Below are positions 17,201 to 25,032 of a DNA stretch of 28,093 nt, piece after piece (position 1 is the first letter of the stretch; every line of letters begins with the position of its first letter). This DNA is from a virus (lineage: Duplodnaviria; Caudoviricetes). The translations under genes were made by a program, and so were the position numbers. The notes below the pieces were generated by a model. The model saw only the letters and a list, made by a program, of their open reading frames with translations. It was not told where the DNA came from and searched no databases. The stretch is taken from IMG/VR virus record IMGVR_UViG_3300037541_000148, positions 1 to 28,093 of that record; one strand, 5' to 3'.

Positions 17201-20115
17201 AGTTTGAGGGTATTGAAAACTATCATGAAGGTGGTAATACCAACGAATCTTGGTATCGAGCCGCAGAAGCTTACATGGAAGATCAACAAGTTCCTATGTA
17301 TGAGGGTGCTGAGGCTTTACAAGATGCTATACGCAACATGGGTTATGACGGCATAACACACATAGGTGGCGGTCGTATAAAGAAAGATGGTGTAAAGCAC
17401 CGCGTTTATATAGCTTTTGAGCCAAATCAAATTAAATCTATTTATAACCAAGGGACGTATAGCCCTGAATCAGATTACATTCTTGAGGACAAATTAAGTG
17501 AAACCGCAGAGCAAGTAAAAGAGAAAGCAAGGCAAGCGTTACAAAAACGTGGCCCCCTAAAACTTGCTCCACAAGTCTCTGCTGAAGCGGCGGAAAAATT
17601 ACAACAAACATTTGCCCCTGAAAACAAGACCATCATCGATAAGATCGAAGGTCTCAAGGATCGTTTCTGGCAGCGCATGTCGCAGGGTATCGCTGATCAG
17701 TTCAGGTCTATCAAAGAGTACGACGAGAAAGCCTACATGCAGGCGCGCCTGTCAAAGTCTGTTGACGGTGGACTAGAAGGCCTACTGTTCTACGGTGAGG
17801 TCTATAACGACGACGGCGCATTGAACATCCGTAAGGACGGCAAAGGTTTGATCAAAGTCTTGGAACCCGTAGGGACTGAGGTCGATAACTTCATGATCTG
17901 GGTGGCGTTGAACCGTGAGGAACAGCTCCAACGGGAAGGGAAGATTCCATCTATCCCTCAAGACTTGATCGCAGAGAAAAACAACCTATCAAGCGGTACG
18001 TTAAACGGCCAGCCAAGATTGCAAGTCTATAAGCGCGTATTAGAGGACATGAACAAGTTAAACCGTTCTGTCTTGAAGATTGCGTTAGACACTGGTCTTA
18101 TTGATCAGAACGGCTACGATAAGTTTGCAAGTGATATCTATTACGTTCCGTTCTACAAAGAGATGGAAGGCAAAGACATTGATGCGCCATCTACTGCGTC
18201 AGGTCTAACAAGTCAGTACTTCTCTAAGCAACTTAAAGGTGGCGAACGTCCGTTTGGTGATTTGGTAGAGAACACTTTACGGAACTGGAATCACATCCTC
18301 TCTGCGGCCATGAAGAACCAGGCTGCGGTATCCACCATACAGTCTGCGTCACGGTTTAGGTTAGGTGATACGCCGGTTGTAGAACCGACAACGGAGAAGA
18401 CTGGATCTGCAAAGATCATGGTCGATGGGCAAGCGCAGTACTTTAAGATCAATGATCCCTTGTTGTTTGAAGCTATCTCTGCGATTGGATACTTAGGTCC
18501 AAAGTCTAAGTTCCTTGATGTCGCAAGAGACTTCAAAAATATCCTACAGTTTGGTGTGACACTGTCGCCTGCGTTCAAGGTTAATAACTTGATACGTGAC
18601 TCGGTTTCTGCCATGGCTGTCACGGAACTCAACAAGAACCCGATAGCCAACGTTCTTAACGGTGTATCGATCTTTAACAAAGACGATCCGACATACATAT
18701 CAGCACTCGCTGGTGGGGCAATCTTTAACTTCGGTACAGCGTACGAAGGCGATCAATCAAAACTGATTAAACGATTAATTGAAAAAGGAATTAATCGTGA
18801 CACTATTCTAGATACTCCGGACCGAATTAGAAAGGGTCTTCGGATGGCTTGGGATAAATACCAAGACTGGGGTAATGCATCAGAAGCGGCTAATAGATTA
18901 GCGTTGTATAAACAGTTGCGTGACAAGGGTATGAGTCACCTCGAGGCTACATACCAAGCCCGTGATCTGTTGGACTTCTCGATGCAAGGATCATGGCCTG
19001 CGTTTAGACTGGTTACACAAGTTGTACCGTTTATGAACGCACGTATCCAAGGTTTGTATAAGCTTGGACGTGATGGCGTGATACCGACCTCACGAGTTCT
19101 TTATAACGTTGCAACGGGCAAAGAGATTGAAGGAACCGACAAACAGAAAGCCGAGGCATTTGGATTGGTTACTGGTGCGGTCATGCTTGCGTCGATGGCG
19201 TTGTACCTGACGTTCAAAGACGATGAGGAATACCAAAAACGTGATGAGTGGGACCGTGACAATTTCTGGTGGTTCAAGTTGCCTGGTATGGACGTGGCAT
19301 TGAGGGTTCCAAAGCCTTTTGAGATTGGCGCATTTGGTACGTTGACTGAACGTATCCTCGAGCAAGTAGTCGATGAAGGCGCAGAAGGCAAACAGTTTAC
19401 TGACGCACTGACAAGAATGTTGGGAGATACGTTTGCACTGAACCCAACACCACAAATGGTTAAACCACTACTTGATCTATACGCCAACAAAGACTCGTTT
19501 ACTGGCGCGCCTATTGAGTCAGCAGGGTTGGAACGTTTATCGAAACAAGAACGTGTCAACGATAACACCAGCGCTTTAGCTATAGCACTAGGTGGTATAT
19601 CAACAGTCTTCCCAGAGAAGTTCCAGTTGTCCCCTGTACAAGTGGACTACGCAATCAAAGGATACTTTGGTTGGCTTGGTGGATTAGCTTCAACGACTTC
19701 TACCTATGCAGTCATGCCATTCAAAGAAGGTGCTTATCCTGATACCAAATGGATCGACAGAGCGAGTCTTGGGTTAGCTCGTGACCTACCTTCTAACCAA
19801 GCAAGGTACGTCACGGCGTTCTATGAGAATGGAAAGGAAATCAATCAGGCCTATGCCGACATGCGTCATTACGCAGAAGTTGGTGATGCGGAAAAGGTAG
19901 AAAAGATTCTCGAGGAAAAGGGTGACAAGATTGCACTGGCTAAGTTCTACGATAAGACCGCAAAGAACATGTCAGAGATTCGTAAGCAGATCAGAGTCAT
20001 TATGGCTGACACCACCATGGATGGCGCAGCCAAACGAGAAGAGATTGATCGCATGAAGATGATCATTGCTGAACTAGCTAAACAGGCTGAAGAAGCTAGA
20101 AAGTCATTCAAGTAA
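14212..20115 (+). CDS. Large polyvalent virion protein: Gly/Ala hydrophobic N-terminus, zincin-like peptidase (HEMVH), ART-PolyVal-like ADP-ribosyltransferase domain, LPD38-like C-terminus
   Basis: HEMVH at 16447-16461 with downstream EFVTEAL; FKRWFGNSKVV..DGKPLVMYHGT...YFTDNPEVASEY...VYPVYLSIKNP...GYDGI...AFEPNQIKS at about 16890-17470; DFSMQG...VPFMNARIQG...RVPKPFEIG from about 18970. Confidence 0.85.
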   Translation: MPVYEYQGQHYDLPDTDPALAKQKILAYLAKQQPPSKQRTYGEALQDIGAGVVGGIGSLVQLPGQLYGLATGDMRRTGALGVGKDIEEYAETLKSAGLKAREEARRKAIEEATAKEGQFGAFKSAFSETVKDPALLLTFLAEQAPQLLVPFGAAKIAKGVTAAKGAEAAAQAGVRGAIGAAGVQQGADVGAGAYENIYAELKSKGASDKEAAEGALNLARAAGASGAIISVLAQRLPGAKALEETFAGVPGTAGRAARVTRGALGESAGEITEEVGGRFGQNLAMREVKPEQSLTEGLGETAGMAAIGGGLLGGVAGLARRPQPPEVPVIEPPPPPPITSPEQQRIEQTTGVERPAAVGIEGLLSAEEAERQRIAMLRERSDEAARQQAERARTEGVIGETQFPVSVPETPRFEPEPVTKTQEELAAQQAEVDRRRQEAGLPTAAQQRAGITEVEKPKIAQSSPVPKLVDPRPLTEQQANARLGVLRDMLSIEGGDPNSLGIVPHPTVQGKFAIKSFDLPFKLSPETQATAFGTPEKPIVIDPVEAYVNIARQTNTPAAKRFVKDWEAGRIPREDVERALQTERQLLSLPPLTFLGSPEAKIAQQQIPGPTIQQVQMPKPRGERELPPPLPPKAEPPPVEPPPVEPPAATGPVKTFDEFKQSFPVDYNSAEIEKLHYAKDFGGIIDYFKNHSNPIYRRVAELAEPLRKKVKIARPQLIGGKGQYQPSRDTITMNPRFAGSEKTTIHEMVHALVVHQQISPGPQSRKFVQEIKKLRDYAYKELKKRGKLIDPNTGSVWYAFDTRTDPGKVGIEFVTEALAYPEFQYVLMQIPYTQSQSVWSKFVQLVADVLGIQNKTALSEILSLVESLSQTQRPGFGKIPDIVFKNQFDVLEGGTNTPAFKRWFGNSKVVGPDGKPLVMYHGTSRSESGEPFSKVDVYASNYGLMGMGGYFTDNPEVASEYTSKGRGETPTVYPVYLSIKNPMDMDGTANAEAWKNQFEGIENYHEGGNTNESWYRAAEAYMEDQQVPMYEGAEALQDAIRNMGYDGITHIGGGRIKKDGVKHRVYIAFEPNQIKSIYNQGTYSPESDYILEDKLSETAEQVKEKARQALQKRGPLKLAPQVSAEAAEKLQQTFAPENKTIIDKIEGLKDRFWQRMSQGIADQFRSIKEYDEKAYMQARLSKSVDGGLEGLLFYGEVYNDDGALNIRKDGKGLIKVLEPVGTEVDNFMIWVALNREEQLQREGKIPSIPQDLIAEKNNLSSGTLNGQPRLQVYKRVLEDMNKLNRSVLKIALDTGLIDQNGYDKFASDIYYVPFYKEMEGKDIDAPSTASGLTSQYFSKQLKGGERPFGDLVENTLRNWNHILSAAMKNQAAVSTIQSASRFRLGDTPVVEPTTEKTGSAKIMVDGQAQYFKINDPLLFEAISAIGYLGPKSKFLDVARDFKNILQFGVTLSPAFKVNNLIRDSVSAMAVTELNKNPIANVLNGVSIFNKDDPTYISALAGGAIFNFGTAYEGDQSKLIKRLIEKGINRDTILDTPDRIRKGLRMAWDKYQDWGNASEAANRLALYKQLRDKGMSHLEATYQARDLLDFSMQGSWPAFRLVTQVVPFMNARIQGLYKLGRDGVIPTSRVLYNVATGKEIEGTDKQKAEAFGLVTGAVMLASMALYLTFKDDEEYQKRDEWDRDNFWWFKLPGMDVALRVPKPFEIGAFGTLTERILEQVVDEGAEGKQFTDALTRMLGDTFALNPTPQMVKPLLDLYANKDSFTGAPIESAGLERLSKQERVNDNTSALAIALGGISTVFPEKFQLSPVQVDYAIKGYFGWLGGLASTTSTYAVMPFKEGAYPDTKWIDRASLGLARDLPSNQARYVTAFYENGKEINQAYADMRHYAEVGDAEKVEKILEEKGDKIALAKFYDKTAKNMSEIRKQIRVIMADTTMDGAAKREEIDRMKMIIAELAKQAEEARKSFK

Positions 20116-20361
20116 ACGTTCAATCGTTATAGCAAGTGCATCAAGTTCATCCATCTTACGGATGGACCATGCTCTTTTCTGACCGTGCCAACCAAGGATA
20201 GAACCTTGGTGGCAGTCTTTGCATAAGGCAACCACGGTGTATTGTTGATGTTGCTTTACGTGGTGTGCATCCGAAGGACCAGGCGCATCACATACAGAGC
20301 AGGGTAAGGACTTCACCCTGCGTACATGTTCACGTTCCTTTGCGGTTAACTTGTTGTTCAC
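20104..20361 (-). CDS. Ref/DUF968-like Zn-binding HNH-type nuclease
   Basis: Probable GTG start at 20361 (MNNKLTAKEREHV), in frame with track ORF 20104..20442. LPCSVC......DAHH...VVALCKDCHQG...WHG. Confidence 0.7.
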   Translation of the reverse strand: MNNKLTAKEREHVRRVKSLPCSVCDAPGPSDAHHVKQHQQYTVVALCKDCHQGSILGWHGQKRAWSIRKMDELDALAITIERLLE

Positions 20362-20536
20362 GTTTCTTTCTTTCGCGCAGCATCTCTTCTGCGATGTTGA
20401 AACAGGTTTCTGGTAATTCGTTGTAGGGAATCTTGCTTGCAAAACTCATCAACGCAAAGCTTGCATACCAGTCCAACATCGTTAGTTCAGAAACGGATGG
20501 ATCCTCGGTAGGTACCAGTGATTCAACCCCGCGCAT
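20330..20536 (-). CDS. Small hypothetical phage protein
   Basis: In-frame ATG at 20536. LTMLDWYASFALM...CFNIAEEMLRER matches the widespread phage pattern (M)TLRDYFA..AM...AY..ADAML.ER. Confidence 0.65.
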   Translation of the reverse strand: MRGVESLVPTEDPSVSELTMLDWYASFALMSFASKIPYNELPETCFNIAEEMLRERKKREQQVNRKGT

Positions 20537-20774
20537 CTTGTTCACCGTGGGCAAATAAGCTTCTCCAGTAGGCCCATTTCTTTTGGTATGTCGGATCTTC
20601 CGTCGGTGGAATCCAGAGTGTTTCCGTGTCGGGCCATTCAAGTTCTTCTCGTTCGATGGGTATTGGTTCGCTCTTTTTTCCATACAGATCAATCTTCACT
20701 ACATGAGTGGGTGCTTTTTGTTTTCTCCAAATTGCCATGGCATCTGCGCCAGACTTCCAAAGTCTTTCATTCAT
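20523..20774 (-). CDS. Hypothetical protein
   Basis: 83 aa, ATGA-coupled to the upstream gene, fits operon tiling. Confidence 0.6.
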   Translation of the reverse strand: MNERLWKSGADAMAIWRKQKAPTHVVKIDLYGKKSEPIPIEREELEWPDTETLWIPPTEDPTYQKKWAYWRSLFAHGEQDARG

Positions 20775-21076
20775 TTCTTTTTCCTATTTGGTTTTTGATG
20801 AACGATCATCGGGGTTAATAAGTCTTCGATGTAATACGCTAAGGTCAAGCCTTTAAGTCCGATCAGGTTGCAGTAATCGTCTTCGTGTAAAGCACTGATT
20901 ACATCTCTTATTGCTTTGTTATAACCAGCGTTGAATTCGTCATTGCCTTCAATCATCATTGTGATGGCATCACGTACCAACGCCGTGGCTTTACGGTCTT
21001 GCGCGGCCTCTTTGACCTTTAAGTAAATATCCTCCCTCAGATGGACTGAGTAGGGGATGAGACGTTTGCTTTCCAT
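20771..21076 (-). CDS. Putative ribbon-helix-helix DNA-binding protein
   Basis: N-terminal RLIPYSVHLREDIYLKVKEAA......ALVRDAI fits a strand-helix-helix RHH pattern. Confidence 0.55.
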   Translation of the reverse strand: MESKRLIPYSVHLREDIYLKVKEAAQDRKATALVRDAITMMIEGNDEFNAGYNKAIRDVISALHEDDYCNLIGLKGLTLAYYIEDLLTPMIVHQKPNRKKK

Positions 21077-21477
21077 GAATTGAATTCCTGTTCGATAACG
21101 AATAATCGTTTGGCTAATGATGGCTTGTCTTTCAGTTCTGACCGAGAGGAAATACCTAGCGTGTCTTTGAGCCAGTCAGTGGCTGCGCTTTCAGACTCCT
21201 CAAAGGTATTGCCTGTCTCTACTAAGAAGTTATGAAAGACTGGATCTTTGCATAACATGGCAGAAGCTCTGACGGGATCACGACCGTACTCACGTTCACG
21301 AACCATCGGAGTTTCGTCAGTGTTAAGTCGAACCATGACAACTTGGTATCTGGCCCCAACAAAGTCCCTGAGTATTTCGTCAGGGATCTCATCGGGGTGT
21401 ATACACAATGTAAGCACATAACCCGTCTTATCCTGTTTAATTGCCACCTTAGCGGCTTCAAATTGGGAAGTCTTCAT
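21037..21477 (-). CDS. Hypothetical protein
   Basis: 146-aa ORF starting 3 nt after the ssb stop, with normal globular composition. Confidence 0.7.
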   Translation of the reverse strand: MKTSQFEAAKVAIKQDKTGYVLTLCIHPDEIPDEILRDFVGARYQVVMVRLNTDETPMVREREYGRDPVRASAMLCKDPVFHNFLVETGNTFEESESAATDWLKDTLGISSRSELKDKPSLAKRLFVIEQEFNSWKANVSSPTQSI

Positions 21478-21479
21478 GA

Positions 21480-21857
21480 TCAGAAAGGGATTTCTTGGTC
21501 ATCATCCTGCTTGATAGCAGGCTTCTCAGGACGTCCAACCTCACGATTCCCGCCAAGCATTGTCATAACGGTACAAACGATATCAACAGTGGTCTTTTCT
21601 TGTCCTTCTTTGTCGGTGTATTTACCGTACTTAATCGATCCTTCCACGTAGATCTGGATACCTTTCTTGACCCACTCGGCAACGATCTCGGCAAGCTTGC
21701 CAAAGAAAACCAATCGATGCCATTGGGTTTCTTCCTGACCTTTTACTTTCTGTGAAGTGGCAAGGGATACGTTGGCAATAGCCATGCCGTCGCCGGTATA
21801 GCGAACGACAGGGTCTTGTCCTACGCGACCGATTAGGGTTACGCGATTCACACTCAT
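21480..21857 (-). CDS. ssb: Single-stranded DNA-binding protein
   Basis: SVNRVTLIGRVGQDP...SLATS...ETQWHR...KG.QIYVEG OB-fold motifs, acidic tail DDDQEIPF, RBS AGGAG. Confidence 0.96.
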   Translation of the reverse strand: MSVNRVTLIGRVGQDPVVRYTGDGMAIANVSLATSQKVKGQEETQWHRLVFFGKLAEIVAEWVKKGIQIYVEGSIKYGKYTDKEGQEKTTVDIVCTVMTMLGGNREVGRPEKPAIKQDDDQEIPF

Positions 21858-22615
21858 GCTTCATCTCCTTTTTCAAACTTAGCTTTCTTGCTGGAAAAGT
21901 CTTCCATCAAAAGCTTGTATGTACCGGGGTCTAACTGTTTGAGTTTGTCAAAGATGTTTCTGTTGACTTTGAATAAGTCAGTCACATCCGTTTTATTTTT
22001 ACAGAACGTAAGCCCGGTCTTTGCGGCTTGGGTTACTTTCTCTGACCAGTCCTCGAGGTTTGCCTCTGGTGTTACGGTGACTTTAATCTGCCAGCCAGTA
22101 TCGAATCCTTCGATGTGAGCTGGGATCTTAGTCTCGACCTTTGGTTCTACCTTGGGTTCAGGCTTAACAAACTTCTTGCTCGCAACTTCGTGAGTATGTT
22201 GATCTGCATCGTTGTCACCTTCCGTAGGAATGCAAAAAGTCTGAAACGCTGCATACTTATAAGCTGCCGACATTGCTTTGTTTGTAGCTTTGTCGCCGCT
22301 ATCCATAGCCTCACCGTAAGTTTTTACGGTGTGCTTTGAACTATCGTGGCTTGATACAAAATCAAACTCGGCTTCTACAATGACGTAAAACAATGAGTTA
22401 CCAGATTTGTTTTGACGTTCAACCATCTCACGAGAAAGAATACGTGGGAGTATAACTAACCCGTGTTGTGACATGATCGGCGCTAATGCGTTATAAACAT
22501 CGTCGATACCACGAAAGCTATATCCTTGTTGCGAGTTCTTACGATCCTTAGAGATCCCTTCTCGGCAAAGATCAGCAGACACATTAGCTATCAACTTATA
22601 AACGTTGTTAAGCAT
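21854..22615 (-). CDS. erf: ERF-family single-strand annealing protein
   Basis: GISKDRKN..QGYSFRGIDDVYNAL.P...HGL and GEAMDSGDKATNKAMSAAYKYA..QTFCIPTEGDNDAD; located between a nuclease and SSB. Confidence 0.88.
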   Translation of the reverse strand: MLNNVYKLIANVSADLCREGISKDRKNSQQGYSFRGIDDVYNALAPIMSQHGLVILPRILSREMVERQNKSGNSLFYVIVEAEFDFVSSHDSSKHTVKTYGEAMDSGDKATNKAMSAAYKYAAFQTFCIPTEGDNDADQHTHEVASKKFVKPEPKVEPKVETKIPAHIEGFDTGWQIKVTVTPEANLEDWSEKVTQAAKTGLTFCKNKTDVTDLFKVNRNIFDKLKQLDPGTYKLLMEDFSSKKAKFEKGDEA

Positions 22616-23189
22616 TCCAACTCTCCCTATTAACGATACGACTTATTGTCATAGGTGATACAGCAAACTCTTTGGCTAGAAGATTTTGTTTAATCCCATC
22701 CTGTGCCATGGATCGTATTTTGTTCACAAGGTCCACGGTAAGTTTTGCCATAGGATTTTGTTCTCCATGTTTAGGTACACATCGGTGACGTTTCTTTTGC
22801 ACCATATCCAGAACATTATCTTTTTGTGTTCCTAAAAAAAGATGATCAGGATTTACACAAGACGGCACATCACAACGATGCAAAACTTTCATACCTGTCG
22901 GTATAGAACCTTTAAACAGACGATACGAAACGCGGTGGGCTTTAGACTCTCCTTGATAAGGAAACGTCCCATAATCTCCTCTATTGCGGCTACCATTCCA
23001 AAGCCAACAATCTGTTGCGCCGAAAATCAACTTTGAAATAAAACGTTGTGGCATTGGGAGTGCTGCGTTTTGGTTTGTCTTCTTAGGACGCAGGCCCATA
23101 ACTGTTGACAACTGATGCAACAAAACCGTTTCTTGGTTTTTGTCTTTAACCTTCTGCGCTTTAACGAATGACTGGGCTATCTTCTGCAT
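22608..23189 (-). CDS. HNH homing endonuclease with C-terminal HTH
   Basis: DCWLWNG...YG...KAHRVSY...VLHRCDVPSCVNPDHLFLGTQKDN.D, then GEQNPMAKLT...LAKEFAVSPMTISRIV...W; RBS GAGGAG. Confidence 0.92.
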   Translation of the reverse strand: MQKIAQSFVKAQKVKDKNQETVLLHQLSTVMGLRPKKTNQNAALPMPQRFISKLIFGATDCWLWNGSRNRGDYGTFPYQGESKAHRVSYRLFKGSIPTGMKVLHRCDVPSCVNPDHLFLGTQKDNVLDMVQKKRHRCVPKHGEQNPMAKLTVDLVNKIRSMAQDGIKQNLLAKEFAVSPMTISRIVNRESWNA

Positions 23190-23283
23190 CGTCGTCTCCT
23201 CTTAAAATGATTTCTATTTCAAGCAACATTTGTCTGATGTCGTAGATCAAATACATCAGTCGGTTCATATCTTCTTGGCTCAT
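23161..23283 (-). CDS. Small hypothetical protein (40 aa), not in the ORF track
   Basis: MSQEDMNRLMYLIYDIRQMLLEIEIILRGDDDAEDSPVIR*; ATGA overlap with the stop of 23280..23537, and it fills the gap to the HNH gene. Confidence 0.6.
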   Translation of the reverse strand: MSQEDMNRLMYLIYDIRQMLLEIEIILRGDDDAEDSPVIR

Positions 23284-23537
23284 GCTGGCTTCCTTCCTGG
23301 CTTGGCCCGTGGTGTGCCGTCTTTCTTGAGACCGTACTTGGCTTTCTTGGGTTTGGTTTCTACGGGTTGTTCAGCTTGTTGATATGCAAGTTTCTTTTGT
23401 TCGTACTCTAAGTTGATGCGATGGTTCTTCTCGATGTTCTGAAGACGGGTGATGAGATGGTTTACTTCCACCCAAGGAAGAACCATCAGCCCACGGAATA
23501 CCAGTTCAAGATCTTTTGATCCAAGTTCTACGTTCAT
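23280..23537 (-). CDS. Hypothetical protein with basic C-terminal tail
   Basis: 85 aa, RBS GGAG, ATGA-coupled; ends KYGLKKDGTPRAKPGRKPA. Confidence 0.7.
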   Translation of the reverse strand: MNVELGSKDLELVFRGLMVLPWVEVNHLITRLQNIEKNHRINLEYEQKKLAYQQAEQPVETKPKKAKYGLKKDGTPRAKPGRKPA

Positions 23538-24412
23538 GTTTTCTCCAAATAAGTTTTGTACTGCTTACAAAAATTAGCGACCTGACAGTACGATTTACAA
23601 CGTACTCGCTCGCCTTCTCTAACCTCCACGGTGTAACCCTTGGAGTCCTTCAAAGAAGTGAATGCAGCATTCGCTTCCTCTAAAGTTGGGTGAACTGACT
23701 TGGCCCGGACATTCCCGGTCTTGATCAGTGCGTAGGTTGTGGGCCTTTCCCACATCTCTTCTGATGAACACTCCGGCATGTCATCGTCTAACTGGAGTGC
23801 AAAGTACGCATCGTTGTGTTTCGATAGGCGTGATTTGACATAGGCTTCACGGGCCTCAGAAGGCCACAGGGGGATGTCAATCACAGCGACGGGGGATTGT
23901 GGGTATCCGTCCTTCGTTTGCGCCTCACGGGCCGTCCAATCCCTTACGATGGCTACGATCTTGGCGGCTTTGACTGGAACATTCTTGCACCGTTCAATCA
24001 ACCATGCGTAAACGTTTAACTGGTTATGCCAGTCTTGCTTCTCATTCATCACAGCCCAAGCGCCGGTGACTTTGTAGTCCGAGATGATGATGCCGTCTGG
24101 TTCTACCTCTTGTAGGTCCATCTGACCTGACAAAGTCCAGCCATCGAGTTTTGTGAAGAGACGTTCCTCGATGACGTGATGGGAGTCTTTGCCATGCTCG
24201 AGGACTTTATGAACGGCGGAGCCGAACAGTTGCCATACCATCTCCGAAGCATCCTGTTCTAAATCATCCCAATGCTTATGCTTAAGACTCACAATCTGAG
24301 GAGAGTTAAGAAGTTCAGTCACCGAGATATGAGAGTCACCCTTGGTATAGGTAGGCCTCTTAATGACGTTGATAAACGTCTGAGGTAAATCAAACTTATT
24401 AGTGAGCTTCAT
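23534..24412 (-). CDS. PD-(D/E)XK exonuclease, Cas4/AddB-like
   Basis: ISVTELL...G.AVH.VLE...EERL...LSGQMD...ISDYK...QLNVY motifs; Cys cluster PEC...RCKSYCQVANFC. Confidence 0.85.
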   Translation of the reverse strand: MKLTNKFDLPQTFINVIKRPTYTKGDSHISVTELLNSPQIVSLKHKHWDDLEQDASEMVWQLFGSAVHKVLEHGKDSHHVIEERLFTKLDGWTLSGQMDLQEVEPDGIIISDYKVTGAWAVMNEKQDWHNQLNVYAWLIERCKNVPVKAAKIVAIVRDWTAREAQTKDGYPQSPVAVIDIPLWPSEAREAYVKSRLSKHNDAYFALQLDDDMPECSSEEMWERPTTYALIKTGNVRAKSVHPTLEEANAAFTSLKDSKGYTVEVREGERVRCKSYCQVANFCKQYKTYLEKT

Positions 24413-24650
24413 GAAGTGACCAATTTAAAAGTTTGTAAAAGCACATCGAGTCTTTGTTAGATCCGCCTAACCACGTTTGCCATGTAGGACTTACTTCGTC
24501 GTAAGTGAAGAGCAGCATGAGGTGGTAGTACATAGCGGCGTCATACTCTTCGTTCTGGTAGTAGTGCCACATCAGGTCCAAGTTCTTGGCCTGCTCACTG
24601 ATGTAAAAGGCGTATTCCCTGGCACGTCGGATAACCTCTAATCGTGTCAT
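24399..24650 (-). CDS. Hypothetical protein, first gene of the leftward early operon
   Basis: 83 aa, strong RBS CAGGAG 5 nt before ATG, directly downstream of a consensus promoter. Confidence 0.75.
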   Translation of the reverse strand: MTRLEVIRRAREYAFYISEQAKNLDLMWHYYQNEEYDAAMYYHLMLLFTYDEVSPTWQTWLGGSNKDSMCFYKLLNWSLHEAH

Positions 24651-24679
24651 GTCATCTCCTGTCTGCTAGTTGTGCAGTC

Positions 24680-24708
24680 AATATAGCAGGTAGGTTCAGG
24701 CATGTCAA
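24680..24708 (-). promoter_or_regulatory. Sigma70-type leftward early promoter
   Basis: Minus strand TTGACA (24708-24703), 17-nt spacer ending TGC (extended -10), TATATT (24685-24680). Confidence 0.85.
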
Positions 24709-24716
24709 CTAGGTTT

Positions 24717-24742
24717 AAACTCCATAAATATTTATGGAGTTT
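24717..24742. promoter_or_regulatory. Perfect 26-bp palindrome (operator or RBS-sequestering hairpin)
   Basis: aaactccataaat|atttatggagttt with no spacer; it contains the GGAG RBS of the rightward gene and lies 8 bp upstream of the leftward -35. Confidence 0.75.
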
Positions 24743-24744
24743 TG

Positions 24745-25032
24745 ATGCGACGCGCAGCAAGGGTTGATGAAAATCAAGGACTTATCGTCAAAGCGTTACG
24801 TGCGTGTGGTGCGACGGTTCGCATCATTTCGCAGGGTGATGGCATACCTGATCTGTTAGTTGGGTATCGAGGTCATACGATTCTTATGGAAGTGAAGGAC
24901 GGGAATAAACCTCCTTCGGCAAGACAGCTCACCACGGCAGAGCAGATCTTCTTTGATCAATGGACTGGCGGGAAGCTATTCATTGTGAACAGCGTAGAAG
25001 AGGCGCTTGATGTATTAAAGGATTGCCGATAG
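24745..25032 (+). CDS. VRR-NUC-like / Holliday-junction-resolvase-like PD-(D/E)XK nuclease
   Basis: MRRAARVDENQ..IV.ALR..GA.V......GIPDLLVG......LMEVK......LT..EQ.F...W.G; ATG at 24745 has GGAG 5 nt upstream. Confidence 0.8.
   Translation: MRRAARVDENQGLIVKALRACGATVRIISQGDGIPDLLVGYRGHTILMEVKDGNKPPSARQLTTAEQIFFDQWTGGKLFIVNSVEEALDVLKDCR

Noticed and set aside
20090-20130. Expected bidirectional terminator at the late/early convergence
   Set aside because: The genes overlap by 12 nt and I found no convincing hairpin with a U tract.
20490-20610. PTEDP peptide present in two adjacent small ORFs
   Set aside because: Only five residues with different codons; cannot be separated from chance.
22608-23189. 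Possibility that the HNH lies in a group I intron splitting the ERF gene
   Set aside because: There is no non-coding space for an intron core, and the downstream ERF ORF appears complete with its own N-terminus.
23534-24412. Cas4-like nuclease as evidence of a CRISPR system
   Set aside because: No repeat-spacer array or other cas genes; the context with ERF and SSB indicates a recombination exonuclease.
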